Part shown: positions 1 through 8,414 of the stretch, piece by piece
How positions within the stretch are numbered: position 1 is the first letter of the stretch
Layout: each line of letters opens with the position of its first letter
Assembly (NCBI GenBank): GCA_018714645.1
Contig: DVND01000019.1
Coordinates: 1-51,030, forward strand
DNA from: Candidatus Avimonoglobus intestinipullorum
GTDB taxonomy: Bacteria > Bacillota > Clostridia > UBA1381
Length of the DNA: 51,030 nucleotides
Direction: 5' to 3'
Program-made: the position numbers and the translations under genes
Notes under the pieces: model-generated
Database searches by the model: none
What the model was told of the DNA's origin: nothing
The model's input: the letters and a program-made list of their open reading frames with translations, nothing else

Positions 1-101
1 GACTAAATACATAAAATAGAGACCTCCTTTTTGGAGCCCGATATTTATTTCGTTTTCATCACAAACCTATCATATCATAAAAAAATATATAATGCAAGAA
101 T

Positions 102-128
102 AAAAAAAGTGCGCTTTCGCGCACTTTT
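102..128 (-). terminator. intrinsic terminator downstream of adhE (symmetric, possibly bidirectional)
   Basis: Hairpin GTGCGC-TTTC-GCGCAC (109-124) flanked by A7 (102-108) and a T-run (125-130), directly after the adhE stop codon on the minus strand. Confidence 0.7.
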
Positions 129-2711
129 TTATTTATAAGCCTTCTTCATGATGTCTTCAATTTCCGTTACCAGCGGCAGCCGCGGATTCGCTGTGGTGCA
201 CTGGTCTTCAAACGCCTTGTTAGCAATGTCATGCAGCTTCTCCATATATTCCTTTTCATCAACGCCGCATTCCGCAAATGTCATTGGCATATCCATGCTC
301 TTCATCAAATCGCGGATCGCTTTCAAGAGGCTCTGGACGCCCTCTTCGGTTGTCTTTGCCGGCAGGCCCAGATATTTCGCAATTTCCGCATACTTTTTGT
401 CCGCGACCCACTTTCCATATTTCGGGAAGGACACAAACTTAGACGGCTCTGTCGCATTGTATTCAATGACATGCGGCAGCAATACGGCATTTGCACGGCC
501 ATGGGGCACATGGTACTCCCCGCCGATCTTATGGGCGATGGAGTGGTTCAAGCCCAGGAATGCATTGGTGAACGCCATACCTGCGATACAGCTTGCATTG
601 TGCATCTTTTCCCGCGCCAGGCTGTCCTTCGCACCATCCTTATAAGCGCGCGGCAGATATTCAAATACCAGCTGGATCGCTTTCATTGCAAGGCCGTCCG
701 TATAGTCGGACGCCATGACGGAAACATATGCTTCAATCGCATGGGTCAATACGTCCATGCCGGTGTCCGCCGTGACACGCTGCGGCACTGTCATTACGAA
801 CTGCGGGTCAATAATTGCAACGTCCGGCGTCAGCTCATAGTCCGCCAACGGGTATTTCATGTTGTTCTTCTTATCGGAAATGACGGCAAAGCTCGTCACC
901 TCGCTGCCCGTACCGCTGGTGGTCGGGATTGCAACCAGTTTTGCCTGTTTGCCCATCTTCGGGAATTTATAAGCACGCTTCCGGATATCCAGGAACCGCA
1001 GGCGCAGCGCGTTGAAGTTCTCCTCCGGATATTCATAGTACAGCCACATGCCCTTCGCCGCGTCCATGGCGCTGCCGCCGCCCAGGGCGATAATCACGTC
1101 CGGCTTAAAGGTCTTCATCATCTCCGCGCCCTTTTGCACGGTTTCAATGGACGGGTCAGGCTCTACCTCTGAGAAGATTTCGCAGTGGACATGCTCCGTG
1201 CGTTTTCTCAAATAGTACAAAATTTTATCAACATATCCCAATGTGACCATACCGGGGTCTGTTACGATAAATGCCCTTGAAATATTCGGCATTTTTTCCA
1301 GATACTGAATGGAATTGTTTTCAAAATAGATTCTGTCAGGCACCTTGAACCACTGCATATTGACCCTCCTCTTTGCCACTCTCTTCCTGTTGATCAGGTT
1401 TGAGGTTGTGATATTGCCGCTGACAGAGTTGCCGCCGTAGCTGCCGCAGCCCAGTGTCAAGGACGGCATATTTGTGTTGTATATATCACCAATTGCCCCG
1501 TGGGAGGATGGCGCGTTCACAATCAAACGGCTCGCCTTCATCGCATTGGAGTACCGTTGAATCAACTCCTCATCCTTCGCATGAATGACCGCAGAGTGCC
1601 CCAAACCGTGGAATTCCAGCATCTGTTCCGCACGTTCAATTGCCATATCTTCGCTGTCAACCACGAAATAAGCCAGGACAGGGCTCAGCTTTTCCCTTGA
1701 AAGCGGATATTTGGGGCCAACGCCATCCAGCTTTGCAATCAAAATCTTTGTCCCCGCCGGCACGCTGATGCCTGCCTGCTCTGCAATCCATGTGGCGGAT
1801 TTCCCAACAATGGCAGGATTTACTGCGCCTTTTTCGCTGTTGATGCAGTAATCACTCAGCGCTTTGATGTCTTTTTTATTTACAAAATAGCAGCCATGCT
1901 TTGTCATCAGCTTCTCAAAATCAGCCGCGATTTCCTTGTCGACAATCGCCGCCTGCTCGGAAGCACAAATCATACCGTTGTCAAAGCTCTTGGACAGGAT
2001 CAGGTCCGTGACAGCCTGCTCCAAATCCGCGCTCTTATGAATGTAGCAGGGCACGTTCCCGGGGCCGACGCCCAAGGCCGGTTTCCCTGTGGAATACGCC
2101 GCTTTTACCATACCGCTGCCGCCTGTTGCCAATACCAGCGCCACGCCCGGATGGTTCATCAGCGCATTGGTCGCCTCGATAGACGGATATTCAATCCATT
2201 GGATACAATTTTCGGGCGCACCGGCTTTTACCGCCGCTTCATATACGATCCGCGCCGCTTCCACAGAACATTTCTGCGCATTCGGATGGAAGCCAAAGAT
2301 GATCGGGTTGCGCGCCTTTACAGAGATGATGGATTTAAACAGCGTTGTAGACGTCGGGTTTGTTACAGGAGTAACGCCGCAAACGACGCCCACCGGCTCC
2401 GCGATTACTTCATAATCCTCCAAATCGCTCGATTCAATAACGCCTACCGTCTTTTCATATTTGATGGAGTGGTACACATATTCTGTGGCGAACATGTTTT
2501 TTGTGATTTTGTCCTCATAAACGCCGCGGCCTGTTTCGTCAACAGCCATTTTTGCAAGCTCCATGTGCTTATCAAGGCCCGCCAGGGTCATTGCCTGCAC
2601 GATGTCGTCAACCTGCTGCTGGTCCAGTTTCATGAACTCGTTCAATGCGACCTGCGCTTTTTCCACGAGCTCATCGATCATTTTGTTTACGTCGATTTTC
2701 TTTTCCGGCAT
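129..2711 (-). CDS. adhE: bifunctional acetaldehyde-CoA / alcohol dehydrogenase
   Basis: The 868-aa ORF has an N-terminal aldehyde dehydrogenase half and a C-terminal iron-type alcohol dehydrogenase half (IALGGGSAMDAAK, GLNHSIAHKIGG). Start placed at the ATG at 2711 (MPEKKIDVNKM...) because GGAGGAG (2718-2724) lies 6 nt upstream; the ORF-track start at 2735 has no RBS. Confidence 0.95.
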   Translation of the reverse strand: MPEKKIDVNKMIDELVEKAQVALNEFMKLDQQQVDDIVQAMTLAGLDKHMELAKMAVDETGRGVYEDKITKNMFATEYVYHSIKYEKTVGVIESSDLEDYEVIAEPVGVVCGVTPVTNPTSTTLFKSIISVKARNPIIFGFHPNAQKCSVEAARIVYEAAVKAGAPENCIQWIEYPSIEATNALMNHPGVALVLATGGSGMVKAAYSTGKPALGVGPGNVPCYIHKSADLEQAVTDLILSKSFDNGMICASEQAAIVDKEIAADFEKLMTKHGCYFVNKKDIKALSDYCINSEKGAVNPAIVGKSATWIAEQAGISVPAGTKILIAKLDGVGPKYPLSREKLSPVLAYFVVDSEDMAIERAEQMLEFHGLGHSAVIHAKDEELIQRYSNAMKASRLIVNAPSSHGAIGDIYNTNMPSLTLGCGSYGGNSVSGNITTSNLINRKRVAKRRVNMQWFKVPDRIYFENNSIQYLEKMPNISRAFIVTDPGMVTLGYVDKILYYLRKRTEHVHCEIFSEVEPDPSIETVQKGAEMMKTFKPDVIIALGGGSAMDAAKGMWLYYEYPEENFNALRLRFLDIRKRAYKFPKMGKQAKLVAIPTTSGTGSEVTSFAVISDKKNNMKYPLADYELTPDVAIIDPQFVMTVPQRVTADTGMDVLTHAIEAYVSVMASDYTDGLAMKAIQLVFEYLPRAYKDGAKDSLAREKMHNASCIAGMAFTNAFLGLNHSIAHKIGGEYHVPHGRANAVLLPHVIEYNATEPSKFVSFPKYGKWVADKKYAEIAKYLGLPAKTTEEGVQSLLKAIRDLMKSMDMPMTFAECGVDEKEYMEKLHDIANKAFEDQCTTANPRLPLVTEIEDIMKKAYK

Positions 2712-2742
2712 AATTTGCTCCTCCTTTAATATCAAACCCAGA

Positions 2743-2760
2743 TTGTTAATTATTTATCAA
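2743..2760. promoter_or_regulatory. Rex-box-like operator 1 (TTGTTAA-N4-TTATCAA)
   Basis: TTGTTAATTATTTATCAA has one mismatch to the clostridial Rex consensus TTGTTAA-N4-TTAACAA. It lies in the adhE 5-prime UTR; adhE is a classic Rex target. Confidence 0.45.
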
Positions 2761-2806
2761 TCTCTATATACATTATACGCGATTCCCCGCGAAATGTCAA
2801 TAGAGA

Positions 2807-2824
2807 TTGTTAAAATTTTATCAC
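2807..2824. promoter_or_regulatory. Rex-box-like operator 2 (TTGTTAA-N4-TTATCAC)
   Basis: TTGTTAAAATTTTATCAC is a second copy of the same half-site arrangement, with two mismatches in the right half. It lies just downstream of the predicted adhE promoter. Confidence 0.35.
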
Positions 2825-2849
2825 ACATTTATTCCTTTTCCTATTGTCC

Positions 2850-2878
2850 ATTTTATATAATTTGACCAAAAATGTCAA
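2850..2878 (-). promoter_or_regulatory. candidate sigma-A promoter of adhE
   Basis: On the minus strand, TTGACA (2873-2878), a 17-nt spacer and TAAAAT (2850-2855). Confidence 0.4.
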
Positions 2879-2949
2879 TAGTTTAGAAATAAGGTAAGAT
2901 TTATAGTTATTATAGACAATTTTACAAATCCTATTATATTTTTTCAAAT

Positions 2950-2977
2950 AAAAACAGGGGCTTTGGCCCCTGTTTTT
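2950..2977 (-). terminator. intrinsic terminator downstream of pheT
   Basis: CAGGGGC-TTTG-GCCCCTG hairpin (2955-2972) with flanking A and T runs, immediately after the pheT stop. Confidence 0.7.
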
Positions 2978-5360
2978 ATTGCCGCAGCTGCGCGCCCAAA
3001 TCGCTTTCCAAATTTTTTACGATTTTTTCCATAACCGCGTTTACTTCCTCGCCTGTCAGGCTCCGGTCCGCCGCGCGGAAGGAAATTGCGTATGCCACAC
3101 TCTTCTTGTCCGCGGGGATCCGGTCGCCTTCGTAAACGTCGAATAACTGTATCGTATCCAGCAGTTTGCCCGCGCGCTTCTTCATAACGTCCTCCAGCGC
3201 GGCCACCGGGACCGCCTTATCCACCAATACCGCGATGTCCCGCGTCACTGCCGGGAACTTCGGCAGATGCTTATATTTAATCTCATGCCCCATATGGGCG
3301 TACAGCGCATCAAAGCTGATCTCCGCCACATAGCACGGGACGCCGATTTCAAAATTCTTGCACACGTTCGGATGAATTTCGCCCACAATCCCCAGTTCCG
3401 CGCCGCCGGCTGTAATTTTTGCCGTGCGGCCCGGATGGAACGACGGGTTATCGGAAACCGCCGCATAGCGCACATCCTGCACCCGCAAATGCTGGAACAG
3501 CGCCTCCAGCGCGCCCTTTATATCGTAAAAATCCACATTGCCATACATCCCCAGCGTCAGCACTTCCGGCTCCTCCGGCAGCTTGCCCGGCTCTGTAGGG
3601 ACATAATTTTTTCCAATTTCAAACAGCTTCGCTTCTTCATTGCGGTGGTTGAAATTGTGCGCCAAGATTTCCAGCATGCCGCCGATGGTTGTCGTCCGCA
3701 TGACGGAGGTGTCCTCGCCCAGCGGATTGGTAATTTTCACCACCTGCCGCAGCGGGCTGTCCGCAGGGACGTACAGCTTGTCAAACATGGCGGGGCTGAC
3801 AAAGGTGTACGTGCAGATTTCATGCATCCCCTGCGCCGCCAGCAGGCTGTTGATCTGCGCCCGCGCCCGCTGCCGCGGCGAACGGCCTCCCTGCGTGGTC
3901 TCCCCCTTGATCAATGTGGTCGGGATGTTCTCATATCCGTATATCCGCGCCACCTCTTCCGCCACATCCGCCTCGCACTGGATATCCGGGCGGAAGGACG
4001 GCGCTGTGACCATCTGCTGTTCCGGATCCACTTCAAATTCCAAAGCTTCTAAATAAGAACTCATATCCGCCGCCGGGATATCCGTGCCCAAAAATGCATT
4101 GATATACTCCGGCCGGAAGGCAAGCGGCTTTGGATCCTGTATATTGCCCTTCACGTCAATGATGCCGCCGACGACCTCGCCGCAGCCCAGCAGCTCCACC
4201 AGTTCACACGCCCGCTCTGCCGCAGGCACGGTGTTGTTGGGGTCAAGCCCCTTTTCATACCGGGAGGAGGCTTCTGTCCGCAGGCCCACCCGCTGGGCCG
4301 TCAGGCGTACGCTGGCCCCGTCAAAGGTGGCGGATTCAAATACCACGGTGGTGGTATCGTCCTTGACCTCCGAATTGAAACCGCCCATCACGCCTGCGAT
4401 GGCCACCGCTTTTTTGCCGTCTGCGATCACCAAATCGTTTGCGGTCAGCGTCCTGTCCTGCTCATCCAGCGTTTTGATCACTTCGCCATCCGCCGCATCG
4501 CGCACCACGATTTTCTGCCCCTCCAAATCACGCAGGTCAAAGGCGTGCATGGGCTGGCCGTATTCCAGCAGGATGTAGTTGGTGATATCCACAATATTGT
4601 TAATGGAACGAATGCCGCAGGCCCGCAGGCGGGCGGACAGCCACTTGGGCGACGGCCCGATTTTCACATTTTTCACCATCTTGGCGCAATACCGCAGGCA
4701 TTTTTCCGGATTTTGCACCTCGACAGACAACGTATCGCTGATGTTTTCGCCATTCTCATGGAACTGCGGCTTTGGCACGTTGAACGGCTTTTTAAACGTC
4801 ACCGCCGTCTCGCGGGCCAGGCCGATCACGCTGAAGCAATCCGGGCGGTTGGAGGTGATCTCAAACTCCACCACTTCTTCGTTCAAACCGAACACATCCC
4901 GGATGTCCATCCCGATTTCCGTATCCTCCGGCAGGATTAAAATCCCATATTCCGGCTCATACCCCAAATCCGCCGCAGTCAGCCCCAGTTCCTCGTGGGA
5001 GCAGAGCATCCCGTTGGATTCCACGCCCCGCAGCTTGCCCTTTTTAATGGTCACGCCGCCCGGCAGCCTGGACTGATGCTTCGCCACCGGCACGATCTGC
5101 CCCGGCTTCACATTGGGTGCGCCCGTGACGATCTGCAGCGTTTCGCCGCCCACGTCCACCTGGCAAATCACCAGATGGTCGGAATCCTCGTGGGGCTTTA
5201 TCTCCAATATTTTCCCAGTGACAACATTTTCAATCTCTTTCCCAAGATGCTCCACGCCCTCGACCTTAGAGCCCGTCATCGTCAGCGCGTGGGCATATTC
5301 ATGGGGCGTGACCCCTGTGATATCCGTATAATCATTGAACCAACTCATTGGCACTTTCAT
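2976..5360 (-). CDS. pheT: phenylalanine--tRNA ligase beta subunit
   Basis: 794 aa. Typical PheT N-terminus MKVPMSWFNDY..., tRNA-binding domain, B3/4 and B5 domains and C-terminal FDX-ACB domain. The ATG overlaps the upstream gene's stop by 4 nt. Confidence 0.95.
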   Translation of the reverse strand: MKVPMSWFNDYTDITGVTPHEYAHALTMTGSKVEGVEHLGKEIENVVTGKILEIKPHEDSDHLVICQVDVGGETLQIVTGAPNVKPGQIVPVAKHQSRLPGGVTIKKGKLRGVESNGMLCSHEELGLTAADLGYEPEYGILILPEDTEIGMDIRDVFGLNEEVVEFEITSNRPDCFSVIGLARETAVTFKKPFNVPKPQFHENGENISDTLSVEVQNPEKCLRYCAKMVKNVKIGPSPKWLSARLRACGIRSINNIVDITNYILLEYGQPMHAFDLRDLEGQKIVVRDAADGEVIKTLDEQDRTLTANDLVIADGKKAVAIAGVMGGFNSEVKDDTTTVVFESATFDGASVRLTAQRVGLRTEASSRYEKGLDPNNTVPAAERACELVELLGCGEVVGGIIDVKGNIQDPKPLAFRPEYINAFLGTDIPAADMSSYLEALEFEVDPEQQMVTAPSFRPDIQCEADVAEEVARIYGYENIPTTLIKGETTQGGRSPRQRARAQINSLLAAQGMHEICTYTFVSPAMFDKLYVPADSPLRQVVKITNPLGEDTSVMRTTTIGGMLEILAHNFNHRNEEAKLFEIGKNYVPTEPGKLPEEPEVLTLGMYGNVDFYDIKGALEALFQHLRVQDVRYAAVSDNPSFHPGRTAKITAGGAELGIVGEIHPNVCKNFEIGVPCYVAEISFDALYAHMGHEIKYKHLPKFPAVTRDIAVLVDKAVPVAALEDVMKKRAGKLLDTIQLFDVYEGDRIPADKKSVAYAISFRAADRSLTGEEVNAVMEKIVKNLESDLGAQLRQ

Positions 5361-5878
5361 TGCTTCTCATTCCTCTCTGCTTGTTTTAAAAAATGTTCCA
5401 CCTGCCGCGGGCAATGAAAAATATAGACCCGCTTCTTTTTAAGGCCCGCAAGTTCCCTGTAAAACTGCTTTCGCCTCTTCCGGCCTTCCAACAGCACCCA
5501 TTTTGCAAACTCCAAATCCAGCTTTTCATGGCAGCCCGCGCCCATATCGGGGCGGGTTTTACGATGGTACATCCACCGCCGCTTCACCACCCGGTAAAAG
5601 CATAAAAACCGGTTGAAATCCAGAAAAATTAAAGTGTCGCATTGCTCCATCCGCTCCCGGTACAGCATTTTTCTATAGGCGCCTTCAACGATCCAGCGCT
5701 CCTGCGCCAGTACCGGCCGCAGCTTGGCATTGACCTCCTCCACGGTGCTCTCCACCCAATTGGGCTTCCAAAATAATGCATCCATGTGGATGGGTTCTAT
5801 GGAGAGCAGCTCCCCAAGCTTTCGCGCCAGCGTGGATTTCCCCGCGCCGGAAAAACCGACGATCATAATCTTATCCAT
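5357..5878 (-). CDS. adenylate-kinase-like P-loop NTPase (topology-modulation-protein FlaR-like)
   Basis: 173 aa with Walker A IVGFSGAGKSTLA at the N-terminus. Overall similarity, from memory, to the small AAA/adenylate-kinase-like family annotated as DNA topology modulation protein. Wedged between pheS and pheT with a 1-nt gap and a 4-nt overlap. Confidence 0.7.
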   Translation of the reverse strand: MDKIMIVGFSGAGKSTLARKLGELLSIEPIHMDALFWKPNWVESTVEEVNAKLRPVLAQERWIVEGAYRKMLYRERMEQCDTLIFLDFNRFLCFYRVVKRRWMYHRKTRPDMGAGCHEKLDLEFAKWVLLEGRKRRKQFYRELAGLKKKRVYIFHCPRQVEHFLKQAERNEKQ

Positions 5879-5879
5879 T

Positions 5880-6899
5880 TCAGAATTGCTTCAAAAACCG
5901 CAAATCGTTCTCGAAGAACAACCGCAGGTCATCGATGTCATACCGCCGCATGGCAATGCGTTCCAGCCCCACGCCAAACGCGAACCCGGAATAGACCTCC
6001 GGGTCGATGCCGCAGTTGGCCAGCACCTTTGGGTGCACCATGCCGCAGCCGAGGATCTCGATCCAGCCCTCGCCCTTGCAGACCCGGCAGCCTTCGCCCC
6101 CGCAGACAAAGCAGGAGATATCCATCTCCGCTGATGGCTCTGTGAATGGGAAATGATGCGGGCGGAACCGCACCTTGGCCTCCCCGCCGTAGAGCGATTT
6201 CGCAAAGACCTCCAGCGTCCCCTTTAAGTCAGCCATGGTGACGCCCTTATCCACCACCAAGCCCTCGATCTGGTGGAACACAGGGGAATGGGTTGCGTCC
6301 ACCGCATCGCTGCGGTACACCCTGCCCGGCGCGATGACGCGGATGGGCGGCTTCTGCTGCTCCATCACCCGCACCTGCATCGACGAGGTCTGCGTCCGCA
6401 GCACGATGTCTTCTTCTATATAAAAGGTGTCCTGCGTGTCCCGCGCAGGATGGTTTTTCGGGATATTCAGCGCCTCGAAGTTGTAATAATCGTACTCCAC
6501 TTCCGGCCCTTCTGCAATCTGAAAGCCCATGCCGATAAAGATGTCCTGTACCTCGTTCATGACCTGCGTCAATGGATGGAGGCTGCCTGCGGCCCGCTTC
6601 CGGCCCGGCATCGTCACATCCAGCACCTCCTGCTGCAGCTTTTCAGCCTGCAGCTGCGCTTCCAGTTCCGCTTTTTTCGCATCCAGCGCACTGCCGAGGA
6701 AATCCCGGATTTCATTTGCCAGCGCGCCGATAACCGGCCGCTCCTCCGCCGAAAGCTTCCCCATGCCCTTTAACACCGCCGTCAGCTCGCCCTTTTTCCC
6801 CAGATACTGGATGCGGATGCGCTCCAGTTCTTCCGGCGATGCGGCCTTTTGCAGTAATTCCTCCACATTAGCCTTAATAGCCTGTAATTGTTCTTTCAT
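5880..6899 (-). CDS. pheS: phenylalanine--tRNA ligase alpha subunit
   Basis: Class II aaRS motifs ([30 protein letters not shown]). ORF maximum is 6908, but the ATG at 6899 (MKEQLQAIK...) has GAAAGGA about 8 nt upstream, whereas 6908 directly abuts the SD. Confidence 0.93.
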   Translation of the reverse strand: MKEQLQAIKANVEELLQKAASPEELERIRIQYLGKKGELTAVLKGMGKLSAEERPVIGALANEIRDFLGSALDAKKAELEAQLQAEKLQQEVLDVTMPGRKRAAGSLHPLTQVMNEVQDIFIGMGFQIAEGPEVEYDYYNFEALNIPKNHPARDTQDTFYIEEDIVLRTQTSSMQVRVMEQQKPPIRVIAPGRVYRSDAVDATHSPVFHQIEGLVVDKGVTMADLKGTLEVFAKSLYGGEAKVRFRPHHFPFTEPSAEMDISCFVCGGEGCRVCKGEGWIEILGCGMVHPKVLANCGIDPEVYSGFAFGVGLERIAMRRYDIDDLRLFFENDLRFLKQF

Positions 6900-6922
6900 G
6901 TGCTTCATCCTTTCTTAAACCT

Positions 6923-7183
6923 AAAAAAACCGTCCCTTGCCATGCAAGGGACGGAACATTCCGCGGTACCACCCAAATTCCCGCCGAAAGCGGGCGCTCT
7001 TTTAACGGTTTACGGACGCCGCCGGCACCGACTACCCATCCATACGGACTTCCCCGGTGCAGCTCCGAAACGAAGGTTCAGCCATCCTCATTAAACCGCG
7101 CCGGCTCCCAGCCGCTGACCAGCGCTCTCTATTCGGCGAATTGATGGCCTACTGGATTTCATCATCGCTTTTCTATGAAATTT
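6923..7183 (-). promoter_or_regulatory. T-box riboswitch leader, Phe-specific (candidate UUC specifier)
   Basis: The minus strand reads AAUUUGGGUGGUACCGCGG (plus 6961-6979), which is the conserved T-box sequence. It is followed by the terminator CCGUCCCUUGCAUGGCAAGGGACGG + U7 (6923-6954). An AGAGAG stem-I motif is present. A UUC triplet at 7072-7074 (GAACCUUCG) is the candidate specifier. UGGU in the T-box bulge matches a discriminator A. Confidence 0.85.
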
Positions 7184-7189
7184 GAAAGT

Positions 7190-7218
7190 ATCATATCACA
7201 CTTTTTTCAGAAAGTCAA
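7190..7218 (-). promoter_or_regulatory. candidate sigma-A promoter of the T-box/pheS operon
   Basis: On the minus strand, TTGACT (7213-7218), a 17-nt spacer and TATGAT (7190-7195). Confidence 0.5.
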
Positions 7219-7252
7219 CTATTAATATGTACTTTTTTATGGCGGGATTTAT

Positions 7253-7281
7253 TTGCATTTCCATGCAAAATGTATTATAAT
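7253..7281 (+). promoter_or_regulatory. candidate sigma-A promoter of birA
   Basis: TTGCAT (7253-7258), a 17-nt spacer and TATAAT (7276-7281), followed by GGAGG and the ATG at 7296. Confidence 0.5.
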
Positions 7282-7295
7282 GCCATCGGAGGCTT

Positions 7296-8273
7296 ATGAC
7301 TATGAAATCTGAAATTCTTTCTATATTAAAAGCGGCGGACGGGTTCGTCTCGGGCGAGAAAATCAGCGAAACGCTGCACGTCTCCCGGGCGGCGGTGTGG
7401 AAAGGCATCACCAAGCTGCGCAGCGAGGGTTACCGCATCACCTCCGTCACCAACCGGGGGTATCTGCTGGAGCAGACGCCGGACGTGGTGACGGAGGCGG
7501 AGCTTGCCGATGGATTAGAGACGGTATGCATCGGCAAAACCATCCATTTTGAGGAAGAGACGGACTCCACCAACAATCTGGCGAAACGGCACGCGGATAT
7601 GCCGGATGGGACGCTATTCATCGCCGAGCGGCAGACCGCGGGCAAGGGGCGGCGGGGCAACGGCTGGGCTTCCCCCAAAGGCACGGGCATCTGGATGAGC
7701 CTGCTGCTAAAACCAGACCTGCCGCCGGAACGGGTTTGCGAAATCACGCTGGTGGCGGGGCTGGCGGTGTGCAACGGGCTGAACCGCTTTTTAGACGGCG
7801 CCCCCGCCATGATTAAATGGCCCAACGACATCGTGGTGGGCGGGCGGAAAATCTGCGGGATTTTGACGGAACTGTCCGCCCAGATTGAGGCGGTGGAGTA
7901 CGTGGTGACGGGTATCGGCATCAATGTGAACATGGAACACTTTGACGATGCGCTTTCAGAAAAAGCCACCTCGCTGTACATTGAAACCGGCAGTGCCCAT
8001 CCGCGGGCAGCCATCGTACAGGCGGTACTGTTGGAATTTGAAACGCTCTACGAAAAATTCCTGCAGGGCGGTTTTGAAGCAATCCGCACGGATTACAAAG
8101 CCGCTTGTGTCACATTGCATAAGGAAGTCAAAATCATTAAAAAGGGAGAGACACTCCTGGCGGAAGCCACAGACATTGCCCCGGATGGCGCACTGGTCAT
8201 CCAACGGGACGGGCAGCTGGAAACCGTCCAGTCGGGCGAGGTATCGGTACGCGGGATTTATGGATATGTGTAA
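7296..8273 (+). CDS. birA: bifunctional biotin--[acetyl-CoA-carboxylase] ligase / biotin operon repressor (class II BirA)
   Basis: 325 aa with an N-terminal winged-HTH (ISETLHVSRAAVWKGITKLRSEGY), the catalytic core with GRGRRGN-type motif (QTAGKGRRGNGW), and a C-terminal SH3-like domain. Confidence 0.93.
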   Translation: MTMKSEILSILKAADGFVSGEKISETLHVSRAAVWKGITKLRSEGYRITSVTNRGYLLEQTPDVVTEAELADGLETVCIGKTIHFEEETDSTNNLAKRHADMPDGTLFIAERQTAGKGRRGNGWASPKGTGIWMSLLLKPDLPPERVCEITLVAGLAVCNGLNRFLDGAPAMIKWPNDIVVGGRKICGILTELSAQIEAVEYVVTGIGINVNMEHFDDALSEKATSLYIETGSAHPRAAIVQAVLLEFETLYEKFLQGGFEAIRTDYKAACVTLHKEVKIIKKGETLLAEATDIAPDGALVIQRDGQLETVQSGEVSVRGIYGYV

Positions 8274-8294
8274 TTTGTGAATATTCTGTAAAAA

Positions 8295-8321
8295 TTAGCA
8301 CTCTTTTGTGAAGAGTGCTAA
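8295..8321. promoter_or_regulatory. CIRCE element (HrcA operator), perfect consensus
   Basis: TTAGCACTC-TTTTGTGAA-GAGTGCTAA is an exact match to TTAGCACTC-N9-GAGTGCTAA. It lies 7 nt upstream of the htpG -35 box. Flanked by A5 and T5, it can also fold as a terminator hairpin for birA. Confidence 0.85.
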
Positions 8322-8328
8322 TTTTTGG

Positions 8329-8357
8329 TTGACAAATGCGCCCGGGAAGATTACAAT
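8329..8357 (+). promoter_or_regulatory. candidate sigma-A promoter of htpG
   Basis: TTGACA (8329-8334), a 17-nt spacer and TACAAT (8352-8357). Confidence 0.55.
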
Positions 8358-8414
8358 AAGGGATGAAGTATAAAAGGGGGCGCGTTTTCCCCTTGCACAT
8401 GAGGAGATGGAAAT

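Noticed and set aside
1-28. A possible start of a leftward gene at the window edge. On the minus strand, AAGGAGG (22-28) is followed 10 nt later by an ATG at 12, reading MYLV... off the edge.
   Set aside because: Only four codons are visible, so it cannot be evaluated or named.
7254-7267. The inverted repeat TGCAT-TTCC-ATGCA overlapping the birA -35, as a BirA autoregulatory operator.
   Set aside because: The arms are only 5 bp. It bears no resemblance to the long (~40 bp) TGTnAAC-type bio operators known from Firmicutes, and no bio genes are nearby.
8374-8394. The hairpin AAGGGG-N9-CCCCTT in the htpG 5-prime UTR as an RNA thermometer.
   Set aside because: The stem does not include the Shine-Dalgarno sequence (GAGGAG at 8400-8405) or the start codon, so the usual thermometer mechanism is not supported.
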